Positions 49,752 to 59,134 are shown, counted from the first letter of the stretch. The stretch is 64,000 nucleotides of DNA from Verrucomicrobiota bacterium (GCA_031378375.1 JANNEF010000386.1:1332-65331), one strand, 5' to 3'. The notes: a model not told the origin generated them from the letters alone. Numbers and translations are program-made.

Positions 49752-50150
49752 TTCGCGCATTCGGGCTTCTCCCTCGCGTATTTTGGTTTCCGCCGCGCGC
49801 CAGTGTCCAATGGCGTCGCAAAGTTGGACACTTCGGCCGTCGCGGAGGGCTTTTCGGCGGCACGGGTTGCCTTCGGCCCGGCGCATTCCTCAATCCGTGT
49901 CGCGCATTTGGGCAAGCGTGTCGCATTTCAGGCCACGCGCCGCGCGCGGATGCCCGATTGCGCGCGCGGGGTGTCCATAATTGTGGCAAGTCTGGACACT
50001 GGCGTGCGGCGGAATCCTGATTGCGCTGCCCGGAAATCCGATGGTGTCGCGCCCATGCCCGGTTGCGCGTGGACGAGGGCCGTTCGTATCGCGCCGATGC
50101 CTGAATGCGTCGCCGGGATGGCCGAATGCACGCGGGAGGTGAACGGCGGG
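49752..50150. repeat. Degenerate 21-bp-periodic tandem array (19 units) with internal inversion
   Basis: Gap-free 21-nt phase; GC at unit positions 4-5 in 14 of 19 units; right-half units resemble reverse complements of left-half units. Confidence 0.7.
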
Positions 50151-50221
50151 ACGCGCACCAATGCTGCCTCGCGTCGTGGGAAGTCTTCGCGGGGCGGCCA
50201 GCTCGCCATGAACCGGAGCAC

Positions 50222-50356
50222 GGTAGGGACATCGCGCTGCGATGTCCCCGCCCGCGTTCAGCGGGCGGAATGAACTGGTCGGGGCGACCCGCCTTGCCCG
50301 CACACGCGTTGCGCCGCTGGACGCGGCGCGGACGGCGCGGCGCGCCCGTCCCTACC
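50222..50356. repeat. GTAG-type REP/REPIN-like element
   Basis: Terminal IR GGTAGGGAC/GTCCCTACC; internal hairpin GGGACATCGC-GCT-GCGATGTCCC. Confidence 0.8.
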
Positions 50357-50434
50357 TTCGATGGCTCATGGCCTTGACTCGTGTCATTCGTTGAAGGTTT
50401 TCCTTCACCATGAACTTTCCCCGTTCCGCATAAA

Positions 50435-50450
50435 TGGCACCGTCATTGCT
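50435..50450 (+). promoter_or_regulatory. Sigma54 (-24/-12) promoter
   Basis: TGGCAC-CGTCA-TTGCT, about 130 bp upstream of the ATG at 50580. Confidence 0.7.
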
Positions 50451-50579
50451 TCCCAAATCAACAGGATAAAATGGCTTTCATGCCCGCCATCCAAAAAGTG
50501 CAAACCGGTTCACGGCCCGGTGGCGGAATGACTCCGCCCCGGACTTGCGCCGGAGAAAAACTACAACCAGGGACCAAAT

Positions 50580-51491
50580 ATGATCAGCATTGAACACACG
50601 AAGAATCGCGCGGAGAAAACCCGTGACGCCCAGGTGAACCTGGCCGCCGCGCCCGGATGGGTGTGGAGCAAGAAGACGGTGATCCAGTGGAACACGGACA
50701 TCACCCTGCTCGAACAATGCACCGCCGATGAAAGCGCCAAGCGCGTGCAGTGGCGCAACGCCGCCGAATCATGGCAGTCGGACATCAACCAGATCCAGGC
50801 CATCACCCGGCTGGTCGCCAGCATTGGCCGCGTGCAGTTCCAGGATGATCCGGTGAAGGTGATCCTCTTCGACCGCATCCGCACGGACGGGGAAGGGCGC
50901 AACGACATTTACGAACAAGGCGTGGTGGCGCGCGACGTGTGGCAGGAGGTGGACATGGAGTGGGAGCTTTCGGAGGTCTTCACCCTGTCCTTCCTCAGTT
51001 CACTGCTGACCGCGGCTTTGGCGCGCAAGGGGACGCACGGCACCAAGGAGACGACCTGGCGGCGGGCCGAGGCGGCGCTGACGGTGAAGGCGCGGGCGCT
51101 GCATAAAGCCAACGTGGCCTGGTACACGGAGGCCACGCGGCGCTTCGCCGAGGACACGGAGGAAGGCGCCACCATCCGCACGACCATCCCGACTTCCTCG
51201 CGCCCGGAACGGCTGGTGCGCCAGGCGATCATTTCCAACGTGACGGTGTCGGGCGGAGACATCCAGTTTTCTTGTTCCGCGCCCAACGCGACGCGCTACA
51301 CGATTCTGCATCAACCCCCCGGCGCGACGGCCTTCGTGGTGTTGGTGGCCGACACCGCGGAGGAGAGCGTGACGCTCCACGGGCAGCCGGCCGGGCAGCA
51401 CAAGTTCAAGGTAATCGGGAGGAATTCCCGGGGCGAAGGCCCGGAGAGCGCGGTGACGGAAGTGACGGTGGCCGCGCAGGCGGCAGCGTAG
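50580..51491 (+). CDS. Uncharacterised helical plus FN3-like protein (paralog of 173-1087)
   Basis: 303 aa; HQPPGATAF...HKFKVIGRNSRGEGPES. Confidence 0.75.
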   Translation: MISIEHTKNRAEKTRDAQVNLAAAPGWVWSKKTVIQWNTDITLLEQCTADESAKRVQWRNAAESWQSDINQIQAITRLVASIGRVQFQDDPVKVILFDRIRTDGEGRNDIYEQGVVARDVWQEVDMEWELSEVFTLSFLSSLLTAALARKGTHGTKETTWRRAEAALTVKARALHKANVAWYTEATRRFAEDTEEGATIRTTIPTSSRPERLVRQAIISNVTVSGGDIQFSCSAPNATRYTILHQPPGATAFVVLVADTAEESVTLHGQPAGQHKFKVIGRNSRGEGPESAVTEVTVAAQAAA

Positions 51492-51678
51492 CCGGAGCGG
51501 GGGCACGCGCCCATCCCGGCTGCCCCCGAAAGCCGCAATGGCAGGCTGATGGATCGCCGTTGGTATTCCCGTCGCGAGAAGCGCCTTCGGAATTCCGAAC
51601 CGCATCAAAAATCCCCGCTCGCCACGGAACGCGCTCTGCTTCATGGTGCTTGTGAAGAGTCCACGCTCAATCGCAACG

Positions 51679-52788
51679 ATGAACAATTATCAGGAATCCC
51701 AACTCCTCGATGTGTCGCGCCAGTTCCAAATCTACGGCGACTTGCTCCACGCCGAGTTGTCCAAGATCGGCCACATCAACGAGACCTACATCGCCACCTA
51801 CAACCAGGGCGGCGTGCAGGTGCGTTACGTGCATCAGAAGATCAACACGCATGTCTTCAAGAACCCCGACGCGGTGATGGACAACTTCGTGCGCGTCACC
51901 TCGCATCAGCGCCGCAAGCTCACTGAGCACGGCGCGCGGGACGCCTCGCGGCGGTCGCTCACGGTCATCCCCACGCGCAACGGGCGGTCGTATTACCGCA
52001 ACGGCGGCGGCGAGTGCTGGCGCACGCTGGTGTTCGTGGAGGGGGTGCGCACGTTCGAGGCGGTGGAGTTGCCGGCGCAGGCGTTCGAGGCGGGCAAGGC
52101 TTTCGGCGAGTTTCAACAGTTGCTCGTGGACCTGCCGGGCAAGCGACTGGCGGAGACGATTCCGCATTTTCATAACACGCGGAAGCGGTTCGCCGCGCTG
52201 CAAAAGGCCATCCAGGAGGACCACGCCAACCGCGCCAAGGACGCGCAGCCGGAGATCAAGTTCGCGCTGCGGCAGGAGAAGATCGTGGATGTGATTCTCG
52301 ACGGGCTGGCGAAGCGGCGGCTGCCGGAGCGCGTCACGCACAATGACACGAAGTTCAACAACGTGATGCTCGACGTGGTGACGGGCAAGGCGATGTGCGT
52401 GGTGGACCTGGACACGGTGATGCCCGGCTGCGCGCTCTACGATTTCGGCGACATGGTGCGCACGACGACCAGCCCAACGCTGGAGGACGAGCAGGATCTG
52501 GCGAAGGTGCAGATGCGGATGGGGATGTTCAAGGCGCTGGCGCGCGGTTATCTGGAAACTGCTGGTTCGTTCCTCACCAAGAATGAGCGTGCGCTCATCG
52601 CGTTCGCCGGTAAACTCATCACGTTCACCATCGGCATCCGGTTCCTGACGGATTTCCTGGGCGGGGACACGTATTTCCGGGTGCATCGCTCGCAGCACAA
52701 CCTCGATCGGGCCCGCACGCAGTTCCGGCTGGTGGAGAGCATCGAGCGGCAGGAGGAGGGGATGCAGAAGTTCGCGGACGGGGTGTGA
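51679..52788 (+). CDS. APH-family phosphotransferase (N-acetylhexosamine 1-kinase-like)
   Basis: GHINETY, HNDTKFNN, DLDTVMPG, DFGD. Confidence 0.9.
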   Translation: MNNYQESQLLDVSRQFQIYGDLLHAELSKIGHINETYIATYNQGGVQVRYVHQKINTHVFKNPDAVMDNFVRVTSHQRRKLTEHGARDASRRSLTVIPTRNGRSYYRNGGGECWRTLVFVEGVRTFEAVELPAQAFEAGKAFGEFQQLLVDLPGKRLAETIPHFHNTRKRFAALQKAIQEDHANRAKDAQPEIKFALRQEKIVDVILDGLAKRRLPERVTHNDTKFNNVMLDVVTGKAMCVVDLDTVMPGCALYDFGDMVRTTTSPTLEDEQDLAKVQMRMGMFKALARGYLETAGSFLTKNERALIAFAGKLITFTIGIRFLTDFLGGDTYFRVHRSQHNLDRARTQFRLVESIERQEEGMQKFADGV

Positions 52789-52798
52789 GGCAGGGGGG

Positions 52799-52928
52799 GA
52801 AGCTCAAAGCTCAAAGTTCAAAGCTCAAGAGAATCTCCAAATCCCAAGTGATCGCTCGCTGCATGACTCTGATCGGACCACCTTGGTGTTTGTGGCTTTG
52901 AACTTCTCTTGAACTTTGAGCTTTGAGC
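52799..52928. repeat. Palindromic heptamer-arm element
   Basis: (AAG(C/T)TCA)n...AGAGAA ... TTCTCTTGAACTTTGAGCTTTGAGC. Confidence 0.85.
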
Positions 52929-53017
52929 GTCGCCCTTCGCCTGGCGACGCAAAGATGTGATTGTGCGGTGTCCGGCGCTTGCCAGCGACCGGCGGCTGGG
53001 GAAATGTTTGCGGCGAC

Positions 53018-53938
53018 ATGACGTGGCATCAATTGGTTTTGAATTTCTTTCTCGCGGTGCTGTTGGGTGCCGTGACGCTCGCGTGCAAGGACACCACGAA
53101 GGGCGCTTCCGCTCCCGGCGCTACCAATCAACAAATCTTTCAGGTCAAGGGCGTGGTGAAGGAGGTCGAGCCGGCGCGCAAGAAGGTGAAGATCGCCCAC
53201 GAGGAAATCCCCGGTTACATGGAGGCGATGACGATGCTTCTCGACGTGAAGGACGCGAAGGAACTCGCCGGCCTGTCGCCTGGCGACAACATCTCCTTCC
53301 GCATGATCGTCACGGATGACGACGGCTGGGTGGACCAGATCAAGAAGCTCGGCGCCACCTCAGGCGTGGTCGCGCCCGTCGTGTCCAGCGCGCCGGACAA
53401 TTTCCGCCGCGTGCGCGAAGTGGAGCCGCTCAAGGTCGGCGACGCGATGCCGGATTACCGCTTCACCAACCAGCTCGGCCAGGCGGTGAGCCTGCGCGAC
53501 TTCAAGGGGCAGGCGCTCGCGTTCACGTTCATCTTCACGCGCTGCCCGTTCCCGACGTTCTGCCCGCGCATGTCGAGCAACTTCGCCGACGCGCACAAGC
53601 AACTCCAGGCGTTGACCAACGGGCCGGCCAACTGGCACCTGCTCACCATCTCGTTCGACCCGGAGTTCGACACGCCGGCGACGCTCGCGAACTACGCGAA
53701 GCGTTTCAAGCACGACCCGAAACACTGGAGCTTCGTCACCGGGGAACTGATTGACGTGACGGCGATCAGCGAGCAGTTCGGCCTGATGTTCTGGAAGGAG
53801 GGCGGCAACATCAACCACAACCTCCGCACCGTCGTTGTGGATGCCGCCGGTCGTGTGCAGAAGGTTTACACCGAGAACGAGTGGAAGGTGGATGACCTCG
53901 TGAGCGAGATGGTAAAGGCGGCGGCGGCCAAGCCTTGA
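53018..53938 (+). CDS. SCO family protein with N-terminal CusF-like copper-binding domain
   Basis: HEEIPGYMEAMTM; FIFTRCP..FCP; ISFDPEFDTP; HNLRT. Confidence 0.9.
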   Translation: MTWHQLVLNFFLAVLLGAVTLACKDTTKGASAPGATNQQIFQVKGVVKEVEPARKKVKIAHEEIPGYMEAMTMLLDVKDAKELAGLSPGDNISFRMIVTDDDGWVDQIKKLGATSGVVAPVVSSAPDNFRRVREVEPLKVGDAMPDYRFTNQLGQAVSLRDFKGQALAFTFIFTRCPFPTFCPRMSSNFADAHKQLQALTNGPANWHLLTISFDPEFDTPATLANYAKRFKHDPKHWSFVTGELIDVTAISEQFGLMFWKEGGNINHNLRTVVVDAAGRVQKVYTENEWKVDDLVSEMVKAAAAKP

Positions 53939-53959
53939 AGGCGGGCCGTGCCCCCCCCT

Positions 53960-54889
53960 TCAGCTCACCAACGTCTTCAGGGTGTTCTCCAAACTCGTCG
54001 CATCCGCCATGTTCAGCATCTGCGCGGTCGGCTCAATCCGCTTCATAAAACCGCTCAACGCCTTGCCCGGTCCCAGTTCGATGAAGCGCGTGAAGCCTTG
54101 CGCCAGGAGGTGACGCATCGAATCCTCCCAGCGCACCGGGGAAGTCACCTGCTCGACGAGACGCTGTGCGATGCTCGCGGGCGTGCCGTGCGGCTGGGCG
54201 GTCACATTGGAAATCACCGGCACCGACGGCGGTTGGAGTGAGACGGCGACGAGCGCGCCGGCCAGCTTGGGCTGCGCCCCCGCCATGAGCGGCGAGTGAT
54301 ACGCCCCGGCGACCGTGAGCGGCATGGCTTTCTTCGCGCCCCTGGCCTTGGCCAGTTCGCACGCGCCCGCCATTTTGTCGGCGGGACCGGAGATGACGAT
54401 TTGGCCGGGGCAGTTGAGGTTCGCCAGTGCCACGCCCGACTCGGCGCACACCTCGCGCGTCTTCGCTTCGTCCAGGCCGATGATGGCCGCCATGCCGCCG
54501 CGCGTGGCGTCGCAGGCCTCCTGCATGAACTGCCCGCGCTGCCGCACGACCCGGATGGCGTCCTCGAACGTAATCACGCCCGCCGCCGTCAGCGCGGTGA
54601 ATTCGCCGAGCGACAGGCCGGCGGTGGCCTCGAACGTCAGCGTCGGCACACGCTCCTTCAACAACTGGAAGGCCACCCAGCCGACGAGAAAAATCCCTGG
54701 CTGCGCGTTCTCGGTCTTGGTCAATTCCGCTTCTGGTCCCTCGAAACAAATCTTCGCCAGGTCATAACCCAGCGCGGAGTTGGCGCGGTCGAACCACGCC
54801 AGCGACGCCGGGGATTGCTCGGCCAGTTCCCTGCCCATCCCGACGCTCTGCGCGCCCTGTCCGGCGAATACCAATGCGGTCTTGCTCAT
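53960..54889 (-). CDS. fabD: Malonyl-CoA:ACP transacylase
   Basis: FAGQGAQ, GLSLGE, NCPGQ, GAYHS, ELGPG. Confidence 0.95.
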   Translation of the reverse strand: MSKTALVFAGQGAQSVGMGRELAEQSPASLAWFDRANSALGYDLAKICFEGPEAELTKTENAQPGIFLVGWVAFQLLKERVPTLTFEATAGLSLGEFTALTAAGVITFEDAIRVVRQRGQFMQEACDATRGGMAAIIGLDEAKTREVCAESGVALANLNCPGQIVISGPADKMAGACELAKARGAKKAMPLTVAGAYHSPLMAGAQPKLAGALVAVSLQPPSVPVISNVTAQPHGTPASIAQRLVEQVTSPVRWEDSMRHLLAQGFTRFIELGPGKALSGFMKRIEPTAQMLNMADATSLENTLKTLVS

Positions 54890-55028
54890 AGAATGGACGG
54901 ACTAAACCCGAAGCACGGCCGGTTGTGAAGTCGAACTATCGCCTGCCATGAAAATTGTTCATGTGATTTCGCCGTGGCGGAATGGATTCGATGGTGGTAA
55001 AGGCTTTCCCCGTCACCAGCTACCGTTT

Positions 55029-56321
55029 ATGAGCGCCGCTACAAATCAGCCCCTACCCCGCATGATGGCGGTGCGACAGCAGTTCCCCGCGTCGCCACGG
55101 CTGGACGTGCGCGCCGTCGTGCGCGAGGAATTCGACCGCGCACAAATCCAAATCAAACCCGGCGCAAAGATCGCCGTGGCCGTCGGCAGCCGGGGCATTA
55201 CCAATCTCCAGACCATCGTCAGCACCGTGCTGGACTGGCTGAAGGCGGCGGGCGCGCAACCGTTTATCATCCCCGCGATGGGCAGCCACGGTGGCGCGAC
55301 GGCGGAAGGCCAGACGGAGTTGCTCGCGGAGTACGGCGTCAGCGAGGCGCAACTGGGCGTGCCCATCCGCGCGGCGATGGAAGTCGAACGGCTCGGCGCG
55401 ACCGCAGAGGGCGTGGACGCGTTCTTCAGCGCGGAGGCGTTGCAAGCCGACGGCGTGGTGGTCATCAACCGCGTCAAGCCGCACACCGACTTCAGCAGCG
55501 ACACCATCGGCAGCGGCGTGCTGAAGATGATCGTCGTGGGTCTGGGCAAACGCACTGGCGCAGCGAATTTTCACGTCGCGTCCTGCCGTTTCGGCTACGA
55601 GCATGTGCTGCGCACCATTGCCCGCGTGACTCTCTCCCGCGCGCCGGTTCTCGCTGGCGTGGCGATTGTGGAAAACCAGTTCCACGACACCGCGCGGATC
55701 GCGGTGCTCACACCCGCCGAGATCGAGCGGCGCGAGGCGGAACTATTCGCTGAGGCGAAGCGCCTCATGCCGCAACTGCCGTTTGATGACGTGGATCTGC
55801 TCATCGTGGACCGCATCGGCAAGAACATCAGCGGCGCGGGCATGGACCCGAACATCACCGGGCGCTGGGTCCACGGCTACTCATCCTTGCTCGGCAACGC
55901 GAACGTGACCAAGCCCGTGGTCCGCCGCCTCTTCGTGCGGGGCCTCACGCCGGAGTCGCACGGCAACGCCATCGGCATCGGCCTGGCGGATGTGACCACC
56001 ACGCGGCTCGTCGAGGCGATGGACAAGCGCGTGACCTACATCAACGCGCTGACGTCGCTTACGCCCAACTGCGCTAAGATTCCCATCCACTTCGACACCG
56101 ACCGCGAAGCCATCGACCGCGCGCTGGCCTCGCTGGGCCTGCCGGACAGTCGCCAGGTGAAGATCATCCGCATCGCCGACACGCTCTCGTTGGAAAACGT
56201 GGAAGTGTCGGAGGCGTACGAGAACGCAGTGAAACAGAAGCCGAATCTCTCAGCGGCAGGCAGCGTGGATGAAATGCTGTTCGACTCCTCGGGCAATTTG
56301 CCCGCGATCCGCCTCCAGTAG
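55029..56321 (+). CDS. LarA-like/DUF362-related protein
   Basis: AVGSRGI, PAMGSHGGAT, NRVKPHT, GKNISGAGMD. Confidence 0.8.
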   Translation: MSAATNQPLPRMMAVRQQFPASPRLDVRAVVREEFDRAQIQIKPGAKIAVAVGSRGITNLQTIVSTVLDWLKAAGAQPFIIPAMGSHGGATAEGQTELLAEYGVSEAQLGVPIRAAMEVERLGATAEGVDAFFSAEALQADGVVVINRVKPHTDFSSDTIGSGVLKMIVVGLGKRTGAANFHVASCRFGYEHVLRTIARVTLSRAPVLAGVAIVENQFHDTARIAVLTPAEIERREAELFAEAKRLMPQLPFDDVDLLIVDRIGKNISGAGMDPNITGRWVHGYSSLLGNANVTKPVVRRLFVRGLTPESHGNAIGIGLADVTTTRLVEAMDKRVTYINALTSLTPNCAKIPIHFDTDREAIDRALASLGLPDSRQVKIIRIADTLSLENVEVSEAYENAVKQKPNLSAAGSVDEMLFDSSGNLPAIRLQ

Positions 56322-56357
56322 TAGCTCCGCAGGTCGGCTGCTACGGGGGACTATTGG

Positions 56358-57194
56358 TCAGTGCCGCGTGCCGCAACCGTGGAGGAAGAAGCGTCCGGAC
56401 GTTTTCACCGTCATGTCGAAGCCGGCGGTCGCGAGCTTTTCGGCGAGTTCCGCCGGTTCGTAGAAAATCTTCACGACCTTGAACTCCCGGCCGTCGCCGA
56501 GCTTGCGGAGCTGCCAGTTCTGGCCCTTCTCCGCCAGCAGATGATCGGTGGCTGTGGAGGCGGGTTCAAAGAGTGAATCCACGACGAACAGTCGGCCGCT
56601 GGTTCGAACGGAGCGGCGCACCTTGCCGAGAAAATCATCCAGTGACTCCGGCGGCACATGCGACAGCCAGAACGCGATGAACACCAAATCAAACTCCCCC
56701 GCCGGCTCCCACGCGAACAGGTCGGCCTGCTGATACTCCACGCGCGGGTCGTTCAGAGCCTGGTTGGGAAGTGGCGCTGGCGCCCTCGCCAGCGAAAGTC
56801 GTGCGGGCGCCACGCCCGCAGAAAGCGCGGCGGGCGAGTCGCTCGCCAGACTGTGGCAGGCGGGGGCGCCTGCCCCACTACCCTGTTCCAAACAGGCTTT
56901 GAGCCGCTGGCGGTTGAACGCGAGCATCTCCGGCGACGCATCCACCGCAACGACGCGCCGGGCGTTGCGCGCCAATTCCTGCGTCCACAGCCCGGTGCCG
57001 CACGCCAGTTCCAGCGCCGAGTCGAACGGCCCCAGGCGCGCCAGTGACTCCCGGATCGCCGCGAGTTCGCCCGTCCACTGTTCGTTGAAGTCCCGCCCCC
57101 GGTCGTAGCGGCCCCGGCGGAAAAACCAGTCATCGTACTCGGCGGCGCGGGCGCGGTAGTAGGCGATTTGCTCCTGAATCAGTTCGCGCTTCAT
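56358..57194 (-). CDS. Class I SAM-dependent methyltransferase with a 49-aa in-frame insertion
   Basis: YYRARAAEYD, LELACGTG, DASPEML, ADLF, FWLSHVP. Confidence 0.9.
   Translation of the reverse strand: MKRELIQEQIAYYRARAAEYDDWFFRRGRYDRGRDFNEQWTGELAAIRESLARLGPFDSALELACGTGLWTQELARNARRVVAVDASPEMLAFNRQRLKACLEQGSGAGAPACHSLASDSPAALSAGVAPARLSLARAPAPLPNQALNDPRVEYQQADLFAWEPAGEFDLVFIAFWLSHVPPESLDDFLGKVRRSVRTSGRLFVVDSLFEPASTATDHLLAEKGQNWQLRKLGDGREFKVVKIFYEPAELAEKLATAGFDMTVKTSGRFFLHGCGTRH
56753..56902. mobile_element. MITE/REP-like palindromic element inserted in-frame
   Basis: Imperfect terminal IRs TCAGAGCCTGGTTGG / CCAAACAGGCTTTGA; internal GTAG-REP-like and GC hairpins. Confidence 0.7.
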
Positions 57195-57198
57195 GACC

Positions 57199-59067
57199 TC
57201 ATTTCTGCTTCCAGCCTGGCCCGCGCACGACGCGCCCCGGTTTCGCGCCGGTGTGCTCGCCGTGCTTCAACACCTGCACGCCGTTCACGAAGACATGGAT
57301 GACGCCGGTCGAATACTGATGCGGACGGTCGAAGGTCGCGTGATCCTGAATCTTCGTCGGATCGAACACCGCCACGTCGGCAAAGTAACCGGGCCGGAGC
57401 GCGCCGCGCTTCTGAATCTTCAGCGTCTCGGCGGGAAACAATGTGAGGCGGCGGATGGCTTCCTCCAGCGGGATGAGCTTTTCGTCGCGCACGTATTTGC
57501 CGAGGAGCCGCGCGAAGTTGCCGTAGGCGCGCGGGTGCGGGTTGCTCTTGAGGAACGCTCCCTCGGGCGCGAGCGACGCGGCGTCGGAATCGAAGCTCAC
57601 CCACGGCAGCTTGATCTGCTGGCGAACGTTTTCCTCGGACATGAGGAAGTAAACGGTGCCGACGCGGCTGCCGTCCTCGACCACGAGGTCCATCGCGGTT
57701 TCCTCGGGCGATTTGCCGCGCAGCCAGGCGACTTCGGCGAGCGTTTTGCCGGTGAGCGGCTTGAGCTTCGGGTTCTTGAACTGCACGAGTAATATGTTGA
57801 TCGGTGAGCCGGCGGCGACGAAGAAATTTTCCCATGTGTCCGTGGGCGTCGTCATCTCGCGGGCGACGCGCGCGCGCGTAGCGGGGTCTTTAAGCCGCCT
57901 GGCCCATTCGCTGTAGCCACCTTCCTGCACCCACGGTGGCATCGCGGCATCGAGACCTGTCGCGCCGGCGGTGTAGGTGTACATGTCGGCGGTGATCTTG
58001 AGGCCAGCGGCACGGGCCGCTGCAATTTTGACGATAGTGGCGTGCAACCGATCCGAGCTTTCGTCCTCATCGTCTTCGCCACCACACATTCTATCCCTTC
58101 CGTCGGGCTGAATGCCCGGCTCCACGACGGGCTGAAAGACTGCGGCCACTTTGTCACGTCCATTATCTCGAATCGCACCCCTGCGGGCGGCTTCGATCTT
58201 CGCGATGGCGGCGTCGAGCTTGTTCCAGTTCGACCGACCGGCTGCCTTCAGGTGGTAAATCTGAGCGGGAATGTTCGCCTCGCGGGCAATGGTGAGGAGT
58301 TCGTCGAGGGCTTCGAGAAAGCGGTTCCCTTCGCTGCGCAAGTGCGAGATGTAAATGCCGCCATGTTCCGAAGCGACTTTGGCCAGCGCGATCAACTCGT
58401 CCGTCTTCGCATAGAATGCCGGCGCGTAGATGAGCGACGAGGCGATGCCCAGCGCGCCTTCCTCCATCGCCTGGTGGACGAGCGCCTTCATCCGCGCCAA
58501 TTCTGCGGGCGTGGGCGGGCGATCCGCATAGCCGATCTCGTGAACGCGCGGCGTGGTCGCGCCGATGAAGGACGCAACGTTGCAGGAGACGCCGCGTTTG
58601 ACGAGATGGTCGAGATACTGGCCGAGCGTGGTCCATTTGATCGGGAACTTGATGTCCCCCTGCTGGTCGAGCATGTCCTTCTTCATCGCGGCGTTGAGTG
58701 GTCCCATCGAGTCGCCTTCGCCCATGACTTCGAGCGTCACGCCCTGGCGGATGTCGCTTTGGGAGCGGCCGTCGTGAAGGAGCGATTCGGTGGCCCAACT
58801 GAGCATGTTGATGAAGCCCGGTGCGACGGCGAGGCCGCGCGCGTCAATTTCCTTTCGTCCGCGCGCCCGTTCCAGTTGGCCAACGGCGGCGATGGTGTCG
58901 CCGTTGATCGCCACGTCGCCGATGACGGGCGCCTGGCCGCTGCCGTCGTAGAGCGTGCCGTGGCGGATGATGAGGTCGTATGTCACGGCGGATTCGCGCG
59001 GCGCGGGCATGGCATTGGGCGCGAAGATCGCGAACAGCAAACCGAGGAGGCAACCTTGTTTTCGCAT
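57199..59067 (-). CDS. D-aminoacylase-like amidohydrolase with a 57-aa in-frame insertion
   Basis: APGFINM, SHLRSE, HLKAAG, HPRAYG, ADVAVFDP; ATG at 59067 with signal peptide. Confidence 0.88.
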   Translation of the reverse strand: MRKQGCLLGLLFAIFAPNAMPAPRESAVTYDLIIRHGTLYDGSGQAPVIGDVAINGDTIAAVGQLERARGRKEIDARGLAVAPGFINMLSWATESLLHDGRSQSDIRQGVTLEVMGEGDSMGPLNAAMKKDMLDQQGDIKFPIKWTTLGQYLDHLVKRGVSCNVASFIGATTPRVHEIGYADRPPTPAELARMKALVHQAMEEGALGIASSLIYAPAFYAKTDELIALAKVASEHGGIYISHLRSEGNRFLEALDELLTIAREANIPAQIYHLKAAGRSNWNKLDAAIAKIEAARRGAIRDNGRDKVAAVFQPVVEPGIQPDGRDRMCGGEDDEDESSDRLHATIVKIAAARAAGLKITADMYTYTAGATGLDAAMPPWVQEGGYSEWARRLKDPATRARVAREMTTPTDTWENFFVAAGSPINILLVQFKNPKLKPLTGKTLAEVAWLRGKSPEETAMDLVVEDGSRVGTVYFLMSEENVRQQIKLPWVSFDSDAASLAPEGAFLKSNPHPRAYGNFARLLGKYVRDEKLIPLEEAIRRLTLFPAETLKIQKRGALRPGYFADVAVFDPTKIQDHATFDRPHQYSTGVIHVFVNGVQVLKHGEHTGAKPGRVVRGPGWKQK

Positions 59068-59134
59068 GGCGGTATTTCGGCAGAACCGGCGGCACACGCA
59101 AGCCAAAGCGCGCCGGGAGAATTCTGCCACGGAT

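Noticed and set aside
49752-50150. CRISPR array or DGR template interpretation of the 21-bp tract
   Set aside because: No identical repeats with unique spacers, no cas or reverse transcriptase gene, and no adenine-specific variant pair
49803-50273. 156-aa ORF across the array as a real protein
   Set aside because: No RBS, atypical codon and amino-acid composition, and it runs into a REP element; cannot be fully excluded
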